From contig CAYVLA010000001.1 in the NCBI GenBank assembly GCA_964452145.1, forward strand, positions 32,001-96,000: 64,000 nucleotides of DNA. The letters are read 5' to 3'. The DNA comes from Candidatus Hadarchaeota archaeon. Its GTDB lineage: Archaea; CAYQAE01; CAYVLA01. Of this stretch, positions 8,685 to 18,355 are shown piece after piece. The position numbers and the translations under genes were made by a program. Positions within the stretch are counted from its first letter, which is position 1. Each line of letters opens with the position of its first letter. The notes beneath the pieces were generated by a model. It saw nothing but the letters and a program-made list of their open reading frames with translations, had not been told where the DNA came from and searched no databases.

Positions 8685-10640
8685 GTGACCAGCATGGAGG
8701 AGATGACGCTCAGCATCGATGGCCGATCCGTGAGGGGCTTCAAGGGAGCGACGATCCTCGATATCTGCAGGGCAAATGACATATACCTGCCTACCCTGTG
8801 CCATCTTGACGGGCTCTCCGAACACGGTGGGTGCCGTCTCTGCCTCGTGGAGGTCGAGGGACAGAGGAGGCCCGTTCCAGCCTGTGCGACCCCTGCGACC
8901 GACAACATGAAGGTCCTAACCCAGACCCCGAAGCTGCATCAGCATCGCCGCCTGGCACTTGAGATGCTGCTTAGTGAGAGGAACCACTACTGTTTCATCT
9001 GCGAGAAGACGGGTGATTGCGAACTCCAGTCCCTGTGCTATGAGTTCGGGATAGACCACATGAGCCTTCCGGCCATGTTCCCAGCCCTGGCCTTGGATTC
9101 CAGCTCCGAGAATGTTGCGATTGACAACAACCGGTGCATACTGTGTGGCAGATGCATCCGGGTCTGCAACGAGATCGTGGGGAACGACACGCTGGGCTAC
9201 GCTAACCGCGGCTCCAAGACGGTCATCAATGAGCCGGCTGTTCTCCCCCTTGGGTGTTCCAACTGCATACAGTGCGGTGCCTGCATCGACGTATGCCCAA
9301 CCGGGGCCATCTTCGGGAAGCTGAGTAGCTACAGGGGCCGTCCGGAACAGTGCCAGATCGTAGAGACGACCTGTCCGGAGTGCCCCATGGGATGCAACCT
9401 TCGGGTCTATGTACGTGACAACAACATAGTCAGAATCGCGGGTGGAGGGCCGGAGGATAGATTTGGGGGACAGTTGTGCAGAATGGGGAGGTTCGATCTC
9501 CTGGTTGACAGAGGAGAAAGGGTGTTGCGCCCTCGCATCCACAAGGGCCGATCTGTGACCGAGGTTGACCTAGGCTCCGCTTTGAAGGCTGGTGTCGATT
9601 TGCTCAAGGCCACGCGGAAAGAGCATGGACCGGGGTCTATCGCGGGCATCGTTTCCCTTCGTTGTACGAACCAGACCATGAAGGCATTCTCCGACCTCAT
9701 GAATACCATGGGCGTTCGCGATCTGTACATGTTGGAGCCGAACTCGGGCGTATCGGCCGACGGAATGGCACGGACTGCGGCTCGAATCGCGGGCTTGGGG
9801 GCCGACATCCACCTGCAGGCGCTGGCTCAGGCGGACACGATATTGCTGGCTGGGATGGGTCCATCCGAACCGTACCCGATCATCGCCTCCTACGTAAGGA
9901 GAGCCCTGAACCGGGGCGCAGCTCTCCTAAGCATAGGGATACGCGATCATAACTTGACGGCCAGGGCCGATGTGGACCTCAGGACTGATAATGGCGGCCT
10001 TGGGCCCGTGATGACCGGCCTGGCAGAACTTTTGAAGAGGTGGACGGATGATGGGCCCGCCGCGGACATATTTGAGAAGTGCAGGGCCGCAGCCTCAGAG
10101 ATGCGAGCCGCCCTCCATCTTCTGGGGCGAGATGGAAGGATGATCATGCTCGCGGGACGGGACGCTACCTCCGACCCCTCTCTGGCAGAGGGCCTTGCCG
10201 AGTTCGCTGCCTCCATGTTGCGGAGACGAGGTCCCGCGATGCGGGTTTTCCTGCCTGGATCCGGAAGCAATATCGTCGGGGCAAGAACCGTTCTGGGGGG
10301 TCGGGCCAAGAGCCTGCCCCACGACTTGGACCGAGCTGGATTGAGGGGAGCGTATGTTCTTCTATCCGATGAGGTCCGCACGGGTTCCGATCACCCCCTA
10401 ACTCTGGAAGGGCTTGATGCCTTGGTGGTGCAGACATCCTATGAATCCCCGTTGGCCAAGCAGGCCAACGTCGTCATCCCGTCGCCCACATGGGCGGAGA
10501 GGTCTGGGACGACGACTGCCCTTGATGGCGAGGTAAGGCCGGCCAACCCACCTCTGGCGCGCCCCGAAAACGTGGCACCTGATGAGAAGGCGGTTGTCAT
10601 GTTCGAGGAGCTGTGGAAGGGGGTCCGCGGAGTTCGGTGA
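8685..10640 (+). CDS. NuoG/HydA-like multi-FeS subunit with degenerate molybdopterin-oxidoreductase fold (no H-cluster)
   Basis: PTLCH..GGCRLC..PAC, HYCFICEKTGDCELQ, CILCGRCIRVC, CIQCGACIDVCP, CPECPMGC; C-terminal PTWAERSGT. Confidence 0.9.
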   Translation: MTSMEEMTLSIDGRSVRGFKGATILDICRANDIYLPTLCHLDGLSEHGGCRLCLVEVEGQRRPVPACATPATDNMKVLTQTPKLHQHRRLALEMLLSERNHYCFICEKTGDCELQSLCYEFGIDHMSLPAMFPALALDSSSENVAIDNNRCILCGRCIRVCNEIVGNDTLGYANRGSKTVINEPAVLPLGCSNCIQCGACIDVCPTGAIFGKLSSYRGRPEQCQIVETTCPECPMGCNLRVYVRDNNIVRIAGGGPEDRFGGQLCRMGRFDLLVDRGERVLRPRIHKGRSVTEVDLGSALKAGVDLLKATRKEHGPGSIAGIVSLRCTNQTMKAFSDLMNTMGVRDLYMLEPNSGVSADGMARTAARIAGLGADIHLQALAQADTILLAGMGPSEPYPIIASYVRRALNRGAALLSIGIRDHNLTARADVDLRTDNGGLGPVMTGLAELLKRWTDDGPAADIFEKCRAAASEMRAALHLLGRDGRMIMLAGRDATSDPSLAEGLAEFAASMLRRRGPAMRVFLPGSGSNIVGARTVLGGRAKSLPHDLDRAGLRGAYVLLSDEVRTGSDHPLTLEGLDALVVQTSYESPLAKQANVVIPSPTWAERSGTTTALDGEVRPANPPLARPENVAPDEKAVVMFEELWKGVRGVR

Positions 10641-10659
10641 TCTGGCGGTGATCATAACC

Positions 10660-11226
10660 ATGGAGAAAGTGAAGATCGCGACTGTTTGGTTGTCGGGTTG
10701 CGCCGGATGCCACATGTCCTTCCTGAACCTCGACGAGGCTCTCATCGACCTTGCCAGGAAGGTGGAGGTGGTGAAGAGCCCGATAGTGGACATGAAGGGG
10801 TTTCCGCCCTGCGATGTGGGACTAGTTGAGGGAGCGGTCTCCGATGAGGAGAACCTGAGTGTCCTCAAGTCTTTGAGAGAGAGCTGCAAAGTCCTCATAG
10901 CGATGGGCGATTGCGCCGTCTTCGGCGGGATCACCTCCTTCCGTAACCTCTTCGATACTGAGGAGGTCCTGGCGCGCGGATTCGTGGAGACGGAAACGAC
11001 CAGCGACGGGAAGATCCCGAATGATCCTCACGTGCCCAAGCTGCTGGAACAAGCCATGGGCTTGGATGCCCATGTGCGCGTTGACTACTTCCTGCCGGGC
11101 TGCCCGCCCCACCCCGAAGCCATACTCCACATGCTCACCAGCATCCTTGATGGAACGGACCCCAAACTGCCAAGGGAACTGCTGCACTTCGATTCGAGGA
11201 TAGCCGCAAGGAGGCAATCTACATGA
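10660..11226 (+). CDS. hoxY: [NiFe]-hydrogenase small subunit (HoxY/HydS-like)
   Basis: WLSGCAGCHMS, EGAV, GDCAVFGG, PGCPP; ATG 10660 preceded by GGTGAT. Confidence 0.92.
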   Translation: MEKVKIATVWLSGCAGCHMSFLNLDEALIDLARKVEVVKSPIVDMKGFPPCDVGLVEGAVSDEENLSVLKSLRESCKVLIAMGDCAVFGGITSFRNLFDTEEVLARGFVETETTSDGKIPNDPHVPKLLEQAMGLDAHVRVDYFLPGCPPHPEAILHMLTSILDGTDPKLPRELLHFDSRIAARRQST

Positions 11227-12650
11227 CGGAGACAACGGAGATCACGATAGACCCGGTAACACGGATCGAAGGCCATGGCAAGATAACCATTCAGCTCGAT
11301 GAGGCGGGCAAGGTATCAGGCGCAAGATTTCACGTGACGCAGTACAGGGGCTTTGAGAAGTTCTGCGAGGGCCGCCTTTTCTGGGAGATGCCGTCCATAA
11401 CGGCCAGGATATGCGGCATATGCAGCATCAGCCACAGCTTAGCTTCGGCCAAGGCCTGTGACGAGATCCTAGGCATTGAGTTGACCGACACTGCTCGGAG
11501 TCTCCGCGAACTGTTGCAGGCCGGGGAGATCATACAGTCACATTCCCTGCATTTCTTCTACCTGGCGAGCCCGGACCTTCTATTTGGACTGGACGCCGAT
11601 CCGCAGAAGAGGAACATACTGCACTTGATAGACAAGCATCCGGACCTTGCCCGGAAGGGCATAGGCATCAGGAAGTTCGGTCAGGCGATATTCGAGAGGC
11701 TGAGCGGCGCACGGATTCACATCGATTACGCCATTCCTGGAGGCGTGAGCGGCTCCCTTTCTCCCAAGGACAGGGAGAACTTGCTCAAGAGTGCGAAGGA
11801 CCAAGTCGAGGTGGCCCGAACCGGCCTTGAGCTTGCTCGCGACTATTGTATCGAAGGCGGAAGGACGGTCAGCGAGTTTTCGCGTTTCCCGTCCATGCAC
11901 CTGGGTCTGGTTGACGGCCGGGGAAACCTTGAGTTTTACGACGGAAATCTTCGAATGATCTCGGCTGACGGTAGGATCCTAGAGGAAAGGCCCACCCGGG
12001 AGTATGAAACCATCTTCGAGGAGGCCGTTGAGGACTGGTCATACCTCAAGTTTCCCTACTACCCTGGGGCAGGATATCCAGACGGGATCTACAGGGTCGG
12101 CCCCCTGGCCCGATTGAACGTCTGCGACAGAGTGGACACCCCCCTTGCGAAGGAGGCGGCAAAGGATTTCAAAGCAGCCGGAGGGGGCCAGCCCATCGAC
12201 TCCACCATGTTCTACCACTGGGCCAGAATGGTGGAGAATCTTCATCTCGTTGAGAAGGCCGAGATGATACTTGAGGATGACGGGATCTGCAACACTGACA
12301 TCCTGAGGCCTTCCTATCCCAAGAACGATGAGGGAATCGGCGTTGTGGAGGCGCCTAGGGGCACGCTGATCCACCACTACCGCGTTGACCCCAAGGGTGC
12401 CGTCACCGGGGTCAACCTGATCGTGGCCACTGGGCACAACAACCTGGCCATGAACAGGTCGGTCACCGACGTCGCGAGGAGGCATATGCGAGGAGGAGAG
12501 TTGACCGAGGCTACCCTGAACGAGTTCGAGGCGGCGATTAGATGCTATGACCCCTGCCTTTCCTGTTCCACTCATGCTGTGGGGCGGATGCCGTTGGCTG
12601 TCGAGGTCATCTCCGCCGATGGCAATGTGATCCAGATGCTCGGCCGCTGA
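11223..12650 (+). CDS. hoxH: [NiFe]-hydrogenase large subunit, group 3 (3d/HoxH-like)
   Basis: TRIEGH, L1 [22 protein letters not shown]2 [10 protein letters not shown] plus cleavable C-terminal tail; ATGA coupling with small subunit. Confidence 0.95.
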   Translation: MTETTEITIDPVTRIEGHGKITIQLDEAGKVSGARFHVTQYRGFEKFCEGRLFWEMPSITARICGICSISHSLASAKACDEILGIELTDTARSLRELLQAGEIIQSHSLHFFYLASPDLLFGLDADPQKRNILHLIDKHPDLARKGIGIRKFGQAIFERLSGARIHIDYAIPGGVSGSLSPKDRENLLKSAKDQVEVARTGLELARDYCIEGGRTVSEFSRFPSMHLGLVDGRGNLEFYDGNLRMISADGRILEERPTREYETIFEEAVEDWSYLKFPYYPGAGYPDGIYRVGPLARLNVCDRVDTPLAKEAAKDFKAAGGGQPIDSTMFYHWARMVENLHLVEKAEMILEDDGICNTDILRPSYPKNDEGIGVVEAPRGTLIHHYRVDPKGAVTGVNLIVATGHNNLAMNRSVTDVARRHMRGGELTEATLNEFEAAIRCYDPCLSCSTHAVGRMPLAVEVISADGNVIQMLGR

Positions 12651-12771
12651 CTCACCCGGGTCAGATCGAGGGGACAGGCTAATGGGGCTTTGCCTTTGAT
12701 GGTCCTGAAGGCCTTTCATCCCAGGTTCTCTTCAGGGCCGTGTTGAAGCAAAATGGGCCCCAAACGGAAAG

Positions 12772-12778
12772 TTTAAAA
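12772..12778 (+). promoter_or_regulatory. TATA box (TTTAAAA) upstream of ferritin
   Basis: AT-rich box preceded by purine-rich BRE-like CGGAAAG in an otherwise GC-rich intergenic region. Confidence 0.6.
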
Positions 12779-12964
12779 AGAGGTCCTAGGGCAGACGGCA
12801 GGTCAGGCTATCCTGTCGGAGAGCCCCCAACAAGTCCTGATAGGAGAGGACGCCTGTTCGTCGCTTAGATGGCCGAGAGCGGGATACCTCTTTCCAGGGA
12901 TCACGGGGGAAGTGGTTCTGCCACGGCAAGCTTTGATGGGAGCATATGGGGAGAGGATGGTTGC

Positions 12965-13453
12965 ATGATCGGAAAGAAGATGCAGGATGCGTTGAACGAA
13001 CAGATCAAGTACGAGCTTGAATCCGGGTATCTGTACCTATCCATGGCCTCCTATTTCCACGACCAGGGACTGGAAGGCATGGCCCACTGGATGATGATCC
13101 AGGAGAAGGAGGAACGAGCCCACGCCATGAAGATCTTTGACCACCTGATCAATCGTGATGGCAGGGTGGAGCTGAGGGCCCTTGCCGAGCCCAAGAGGGA
13201 GTGGGCATCCGCCTTGGAGACATTCAAGGCCGCGTACCAGCACGAACAGTTCATAACCGGCAGGATAGACGAGTTGGTGAGGCTCGCAGCCCAAGAGGGC
13301 GACAACCCTGCATGGGTGATGCTGCAGTGGTTCGTGACCGAGCAGGTGGAGGAGGAGGCAAGCACATTCAGAATCGTCGGGATGCTTGAGCGCATCGGCC
13401 CCTCCGGAAATGGTCTGTTCATGTTGGACCGCGAGCTGGGCAAGCGCGAGTAA
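12965..13453 (+). CDS. ftnA: Non-heme ferritin
   Basis: MIGKKMQDALNEQIKYELESGYLYLSMA, EERAHA, HEQFIT, WFVTEQVEEE; SD-like GAGAGGA before ATG 12965. Confidence 0.95.
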   Translation: MIGKKMQDALNEQIKYELESGYLYLSMASYFHDQGLEGMAHWMMIQEKEERAHAMKIFDHLINRDGRVELRALAEPKREWASALETFKAAYQHEQFITGRIDELVRLAAQEGDNPAWVMLQWFVTEQVEEEASTFRIVGMLERIGPSGNGLFMLDRELGKRE

Positions 13454-13517
13454 TCGGAAGCCGTCATGGTTGGACGATAGCCGGCAAGGCTGAGGCAACG
13501 CAGGGATAGTGAGAGGA

Positions 13518-13679
13518 ATGGACAAATACGTATGCACCGTGTGTGGGTACGTTTACGATCCCGAGAAGGGAGACCCGGACTCAGGGGTAGAGCCGGGAAC
13601 GGATTTCGAAGATCTCCCGGCCGACTGGGTATGTCCCGTGTGCGGGGCCGGCAAGGAGGAGTTCGAAAAGGCGGAGTAG
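13518..13679 (+). CDS. rub: Rubredoxin (53 aa)
   Basis: Manually translated: [53 protein letters not shown]; missing from ORF track. Confidence 0.97.
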   Translation: MDKYVCTVCGYVYDPEKGDPDSGVEPGTDFEDLPADWVCPVCGAGKEEFEKAE

Positions 13680-13721
13680 AGTCGGACCGCCGACGTCGGC
13701 CAAGGGCGGCATGGCCGCTCG

Positions 13722-14537
13722 CTAGCCTTCGAATATCGCCTTGCTCCTCGAAGTGGTCAACGGCAGATCCGAGTCATCGCCCGATATCGTTGCTCTGACG
13801 ATCTCCAGGTCCTCTTCCACTTCCTGAACGCTTGAGAAACCCAGGCACACCGCGTCCCTTTCTTTGATGGATTTCAGAACGAAGGGCAAGCCAACTTCCG
13901 GAGTGATGCGTGCCGCACCAAGCGGCTTTATCACCAATATGGGTTTGGGGCTGTTTCTGATTACCCGGCGGACCCATTCCACCTCGACGTTGGATAGGAA
14001 TCCAAGGATATTGTACGGGACGATGTAGGTCTCCACATCCTTCATGGCCCTGTCCATAACCACGATGGTCTCGGGCCTGTGGGTGCTAAGACCAGGGACC
14101 ATCCCCAGGGAACGTATTAGAGCGGCAAGCCGATCATAACCAATCACCTGATTCTCGGTCGGGGCCAGATGGGCATCCGTGAAGTTTTGGTGGGGCATGC
14201 ATATCCGAAGTTCATGTTCCGCGCTCCACCGGATGCCCGTCTCTACTTCTTCGATCGTGGAACCGCCCGGTGTGCAGATCCAGTGCAGGTTGGATCCCTC
14301 CTTCCGGAGATCGCACAGGATGTGAAAGAGCCGGTCCACGGTCCCGCTGACCACTGCGTTGATGCCCAGCTGGCAGGCTTTCCTGATGACGGCCTTGATC
14401 CTGTCGTCAGTGAAGTATTCACGCATCCACATGTCGCGGGCCCTGGTGAAGTGTGAGAAGCCGAAGAACGGGTTGGTGCCGCAGACGATCTTGGATATCT
14501 CGAGGTTCCCTATACGGGTGAAAGGCAGTCCATCCAC
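13722..14537 (-). CDS. Aldo/keto-reductase-like TIM-barrel protein
   Basis: IGNLEISKIVCGTNPFFGFSH, GLSTHRPE, IKPLGAAR; start placed at GTG 14537 (uncertain). Confidence 0.7.
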   Translation of the reverse strand: MDGLPFTRIGNLEISKIVCGTNPFFGFSHFTRARDMWMREYFTDDRIKAVIRKACQLGINAVVSGTVDRLFHILCDLRKEGSNLHWICTPGGSTIEEVETGIRWSAEHELRICMPHQNFTDAHLAPTENQVIGYDRLAALIRSLGMVPGLSTHRPETIVVMDRAMKDVETYIVPYNILGFLSNVEVEWVRRVIRNSPKPILVIKPLGAARITPEVGLPFVLKSIKERDAVCLGFSSVQEVEEDLEIVRATISGDDSDLPLTTSRSKAIFEG

Positions 14538-14763
14538 GACGAACCGAGCCCGAGGGAGGTTGAAAAAGATGATCAGATGCCTGACAGGAGACCGGCTATC
14601 CGCCAAGATGAGCCCCGCTGTTCCGGGCCTCATTGATGCAGTTCAACGGACCTTCCGTTGGCATACCGCCGTTGACATGCCGCGTCAGAGCCCCTCAGAC
14701 TTCGGGCGCTGACAGGCTGACAGGCAAAACTATATCTCTCCCTTCTCAATAGGGGTCATCGGC

Positions 14764-16029
14764 TTGGTTTTCCACATCAGTCGTGTATCGATCGCGCTTC
14801 TGGTCATGGTGCCTTTTGCTGCGACCGTCCCCGTCTCCGGGGATATCATAGATGTCATAGCGATGGGCCAGGTTGGGCCGAAGGACTGCCCCCTCCATGT
14901 CTGGTTCTCCGCCGTGCCTGATGTGAACTACATACTCGTCGTGACCAAGCAAGACGTTGTCGTACTGACCCTGGAGGAACTACGACGCTGGATACGCATC
15001 TACCTGCCCAGAACCCGGGAGGAGCTTGTTACTCGCTTCGACCACTACATCTTCGTCGATTCCTGGCTCACCGGCTGGGAGTCCGGCCCACTTCTCACAT
15101 CAAAGCAGATTGCTGACATCAAGTGGTCGGTGGGGGAAGGCGGCATGCCGATATTCGAAACTGGCATATGGAATTCGCAGACCACCATGGTCGAGGGGAT
15201 CCTTGCATCGGAAATGGAGGAGTACTACCCAGTGGATCTGACGAAGCCGAGACAGATGACATCAAGCCATCTCTACAAAGTCAAGGTCAGCGAGCGGACT
15301 GATCTTGCCCCCGTTCTTCGAGCGTTCCTGCCCCTCGGCATTGAGACCTTTCAGGGACAGTGGGTTGGGCAACTGTACTCCAAGCAGGGTGCGGATGTCT
15401 GGGCGACGCTTTACAATACCAATGTTCCAAATCCACCGCCCGAGGGCTGGCCCTGGCTGGTGTCCTGGCGTGTGGGATCCAAGAGGACGCTGTTCTGGGT
15501 GGCCGCCGATGATCTCGAGGTCAAGTGGTGGTGGGGATTCTACCACCCCCCGACCCAGAATCCCTACGGGGTAGATATCCTCCTAAACATACTCTATCAC
15601 TCACTTGGAAAACCCCTGCCCGAGGATATCCTCCTGCTCCATCAGCTCCGCCGTCGCCTGATCGAATTCAACGAGAAGAAGGCCGTGGCCCTTGCAGTGA
15701 TCGAGTTTGCCGACCGTTTCAGGGCGAACACGGGCCCTTTGATGAACGATCTGCAAGACATCGAGGCTGAGCGCGGGAATGCCAACCGGGCCTACCTCGA
15801 CCACGATTTTCTTCTGGCAAGCACGATACTTACCGAAGCTGAGGAGGCCTTAGCGAAGGTGAGTACCAAGGCCATCAAGGCCAAGGACACCGCCCTCCTC
15901 TGGGTTTACGTGATTGAATGGCTGGTCGTCGCCGCCACCAGCATGATAACCGGGTCAGTCCTTTGGGCCCTGATGATTAAGAGACGCCTCTTCCGAGAGG
16001 TTTCCATCACAAGGGCCGATCACCGCTAG
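14764..16029 (+). CDS. Secreted, C-terminally membrane-anchored protein (paralog of 23043..24269)
   Basis: N-terminal hydrophobic signal, globular domain, helical stalk, TM LLWVYVIEWLVV... and basic tail LMIKRRLFREVSITR. Confidence 0.8.
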   Translation: MVFHISRVSIALLVMVPFAATVPVSGDIIDVIAMGQVGPKDCPLHVWFSAVPDVNYILVVTKQDVVVLTLEELRRWIRIYLPRTREELVTRFDHYIFVDSWLTGWESGPLLTSKQIADIKWSVGEGGMPIFETGIWNSQTTMVEGILASEMEEYYPVDLTKPRQMTSSHLYKVKVSERTDLAPVLRAFLPLGIETFQGQWVGQLYSKQGADVWATLYNTNVPNPPPEGWPWLVSWRVGSKRTLFWVAADDLEVKWWWGFYHPPTQNPYGVDILLNILYHSLGKPLPEDILLLHQLRRRLIEFNEKKAVALAVIEFADRFRANTGPLMNDLQDIEAERGNANRAYLDHDFLLASTILTEAEEALAKVSTKAIKAKDTALLWVYVIEWLVVAATSMITGSVLWALMIKRRLFREVSITRADHR

Positions 16030-16310
16030 GGAAGGCGGGCACGGCGACTTCAGTCATCACCAGTGTTGATGCCTTCGATGGTTTCCCTTTCGCGCAGATG
16101 CCGGGGGAGGTTCTCCCTGCGGACCTCGGAGTTCTCCACGGAAGGTTTGAGGACCGGTACGTGCACGTTGCGGACATCGGATCGCTTGATGGTCCGGATC
16201 CGGACCCAGACAGAACCGTGGACCAAGCACGTTCCCTTCCCGCCCGCTTGGCGGCACAAGGAAGGAACCATCTGGTCCACCTACCAGTCGAACAACCAAC
16301 GAAGAAGGCA

Positions 16311-16520
16311 CTATTGGCCCGTCGCCGTCTCATCCCGACGGTCAAGAGGCGCCGCCGGCCCATCCTCGAATCTGACGTTGCGGAGTATCTCCCGGGCGCC
16401 GCATTTCGCGCAGACCCTCATCATGCAGCCCCTTCCTATGGCTATGTCCCCCGCTGCAGCCGACTTCACCGGCTCCAGATCCTGGCTGAAATAACGCAGC
16501 AGATCCTTTCCCACATACAC
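16311..16520 (-). CDS. Possible small hypothetical protein with one CxxC
   Basis: GTG 16520 preceded by GGTGGAGGA; RVCAKCG; GC3-rich codons; no family recognised. Confidence 0.3.
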   Translation of the reverse strand: MYVGKDLLRYFSQDLEPVKSAAAGDIAIGRGCMMRVCAKCGAREILRNVRFEDGPAAPLDRRDETATGQ

Positions 16521-16700
16521 TATCCTCCACCCGTGGACGTGTCTTCTCGCCAGGATCGTCGACTTCACATTCCGAGGTGGCGCTGAATGCACCTATTACT
16601 GTTACGTGCCGCGCATGGGTGCCGACGGGAGAAGGCGAGGTCGGGAATCGAGCCTACTGAGCTCGAAGCAATTAATAGCCTTTGTGTTTCGATTCATAAC

Positions 16701-17951
16701 ATGCGAATGCCGTCGAGGTCCGCGCTGAGATCCGTCGCGCTCAGGCATCAGGATGAGATATGCGAGCTTCTCATGGATCTGATCAGGTTCAGGACAGTGC
16801 AGGGTTCCGAGGCTGGTGCACAGAGGTACCTGAAGAGGCGGTTTGACGAACTCGGCTTCACCACCAAGGAGGAATCGGTCGACGAGTCGATACGCCTGGA
16901 CCCGGAGTACACCTCCTCGGACCAACCTCACCCCTACCGTTCCCGTCCGAACCTACTGATCTTTGCAGGTGGCGAGGGGGAGGGAAGAACCGCCATACTT
17001 AACACCCACGTAGATGTGGTCCCCGCTGGCTCTTGGCCGGGGGCCTTTGACCCACGGGTTGAGAACGGCCAAGTTGTCGGGAGGGGCGCGGTGGACTGTA
17101 AGGGTCAGATCGCCGCGCTCTACCTCACCTTTGTCTTGATGAAGGAGCTCAAGATAGGTCTCGATTCGCGGCTGACCGCCCAGATCGTGATAGAAGAGGA
17201 GACGGGGGGCAATGGAAGCCTGTCCCTGATCCGGCGAGGTCACTGCGCCGACGGAGCTGTTGTCCTGGAGGGTACCGATCTTACGGTCTGCCCGGCGAAC
17301 CGGGGAGCTATATGGTTCCGGGCCCAGGTTGCGGGGCTGCCGGTGCACATGGCAAGGAAGTTCGAGGGGATCAGCGCTATCGACAAGTCGATTGAACTCA
17401 TACGCTTGCTCTACAGATATGAGGCCCGCCTTGCGGATGGAAGCATGGGACAGGCCCTCTTCGCTGAGTACGATCACCCTGTGCAAGTGAACATAGGGAA
17501 GTTGAGTGCTGGCGATTGGCCATCGACGGTGCCGGCTTCGGCCACGATGGAAGGTGGCATTGGATTCCTGCCGAACAAGGATCTGGAATCGATCAAGAGC
17601 GAGGTCAGGGCTTTGCCGAAGGAGGGTGACAAGTGGCTCGCGGCGAATACCAAGATCGACTTCCCCGGCCTTCACAACGATGCATACCAGATACCCGTCG
17701 ATCACCCGCTTGTGAGAGAACTCGTCCGATCCTGTGGCAGGGCCGGTCTGGAAACAAGGGCAAGGGGCCTGATAGCCAGCTGCGATGCTAGATTGTTCAA
17801 CAAGGTCGGCGGGATGCCCACAGTAGTTTTCGGTGCGGGGGACATCCAAGAGGCCCATTCGAACAACGAGAAGGTGGCATTAAGAGATCTCCTCCTCGAA
17901 GCTTGCGCCCTGTTAGGCTTCCTATGCAGGTGGTGTGGGACGCGAGAATGA
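16701..17951 (+). CDS. M20 family metallo-amidohydrolase (ArgE/DapE-like)
   Basis: LNTHVDVVP, GRGAVDCKG, IEEETGGNG, CDARLF, AHSNNE. Confidence 0.92.
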   Translation: MRMPSRSALRSVALRHQDEICELLMDLIRFRTVQGSEAGAQRYLKRRFDELGFTTKEESVDESIRLDPEYTSSDQPHPYRSRPNLLIFAGGEGEGRTAILNTHVDVVPAGSWPGAFDPRVENGQVVGRGAVDCKGQIAALYLTFVLMKELKIGLDSRLTAQIVIEEETGGNGSLSLIRRGHCADGAVVLEGTDLTVCPANRGAIWFRAQVAGLPVHMARKFEGISAIDKSIELIRLLYRYEARLADGSMGQALFAEYDHPVQVNIGKLSAGDWPSTVPASATMEGGIGFLPNKDLESIKSEVRALPKEGDKWLAANTKIDFPGLHNDAYQIPVDHPLVRELVRSCGRAGLETRARGLIASCDARLFNKVGGMPTVVFGAGDIQEAHSNNEKVALRDLLLEACALLGFLCRWCGTRE

Positions 17952-17992
17952 CAGATTGGCAAGGCTCGTCCGTCGGTTGGGGATTCGGCGGC

Positions 17993-18187
17993 CTAGCCAG
18001 CCATGGTGCTGGTCTTCTCGGCAGCTGAGGCTTTGGCCGGGGTTCTGGAGGGCGTCCTTGAGTTCCTGCGTCCATTCTTGCCAGTGGCCGCTAGGAAAAC
18101 ACCCGATCTAAGACCTATCAGGAACCCTATGTAGGAACCCACCCCTGCTATCAGGATCACTTCTAGAACTGTTGCATGAAAATCCAA
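17993..18187 (-). CDS. Small putative membrane protein
   Basis: One hydrophobic helix then basic tail; AT-rich TATA-like element about 40 nt upstream. Confidence 0.45.
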   Translation of the reverse strand: MDFHATVLEVILIAGVGSYIGFLIGLRSGVFLAATGKNGRRNSRTPSRTPAKASAAEKTSTMAG

Positions 18188-18355
18188 TGCGCGTCCTCCG
18201 ACGGATGCGAAACAGGATCTTCTCTATTAAATAAAACTCGCCTTCCCCTGCCCTTTCTTGGGCTAGTCGCAGTAGGAAAGCGAGAAAAACACAACACCAG
18301 GCGGACGCAATCATTAAGAACAAGGAACTGGCCAGAGAACCCAGACGGTGGTAGA

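Noticed and set aside
8685..10640. Formate dehydrogenase or [FeFe]-hydrogenase catalytic subunit
   Set aside because: No H-cluster motifs and no recognisable Mo/W-ligand (Cys/Sec-His) segment; the fold appears degenerate
11223..12650. Selenocysteine-containing [NiFeSe] hydrogenase or other stop-codon recoding
   Set aside because: Both L1 and L2 motifs use Cys codons; no in-frame TGA/TAG read-through is needed in any recognised gene
12651..12770. Hydrogenase maturation protease expected after the large subunit
   Set aside because: No such ORF here; it is presumably encoded elsewhere, so its absence from the window is not informative
16030..16311. Several overlapping short ORFs in both directions
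   Set aside because: No recognisable motif or consistent start signals; cannot choose a real frame
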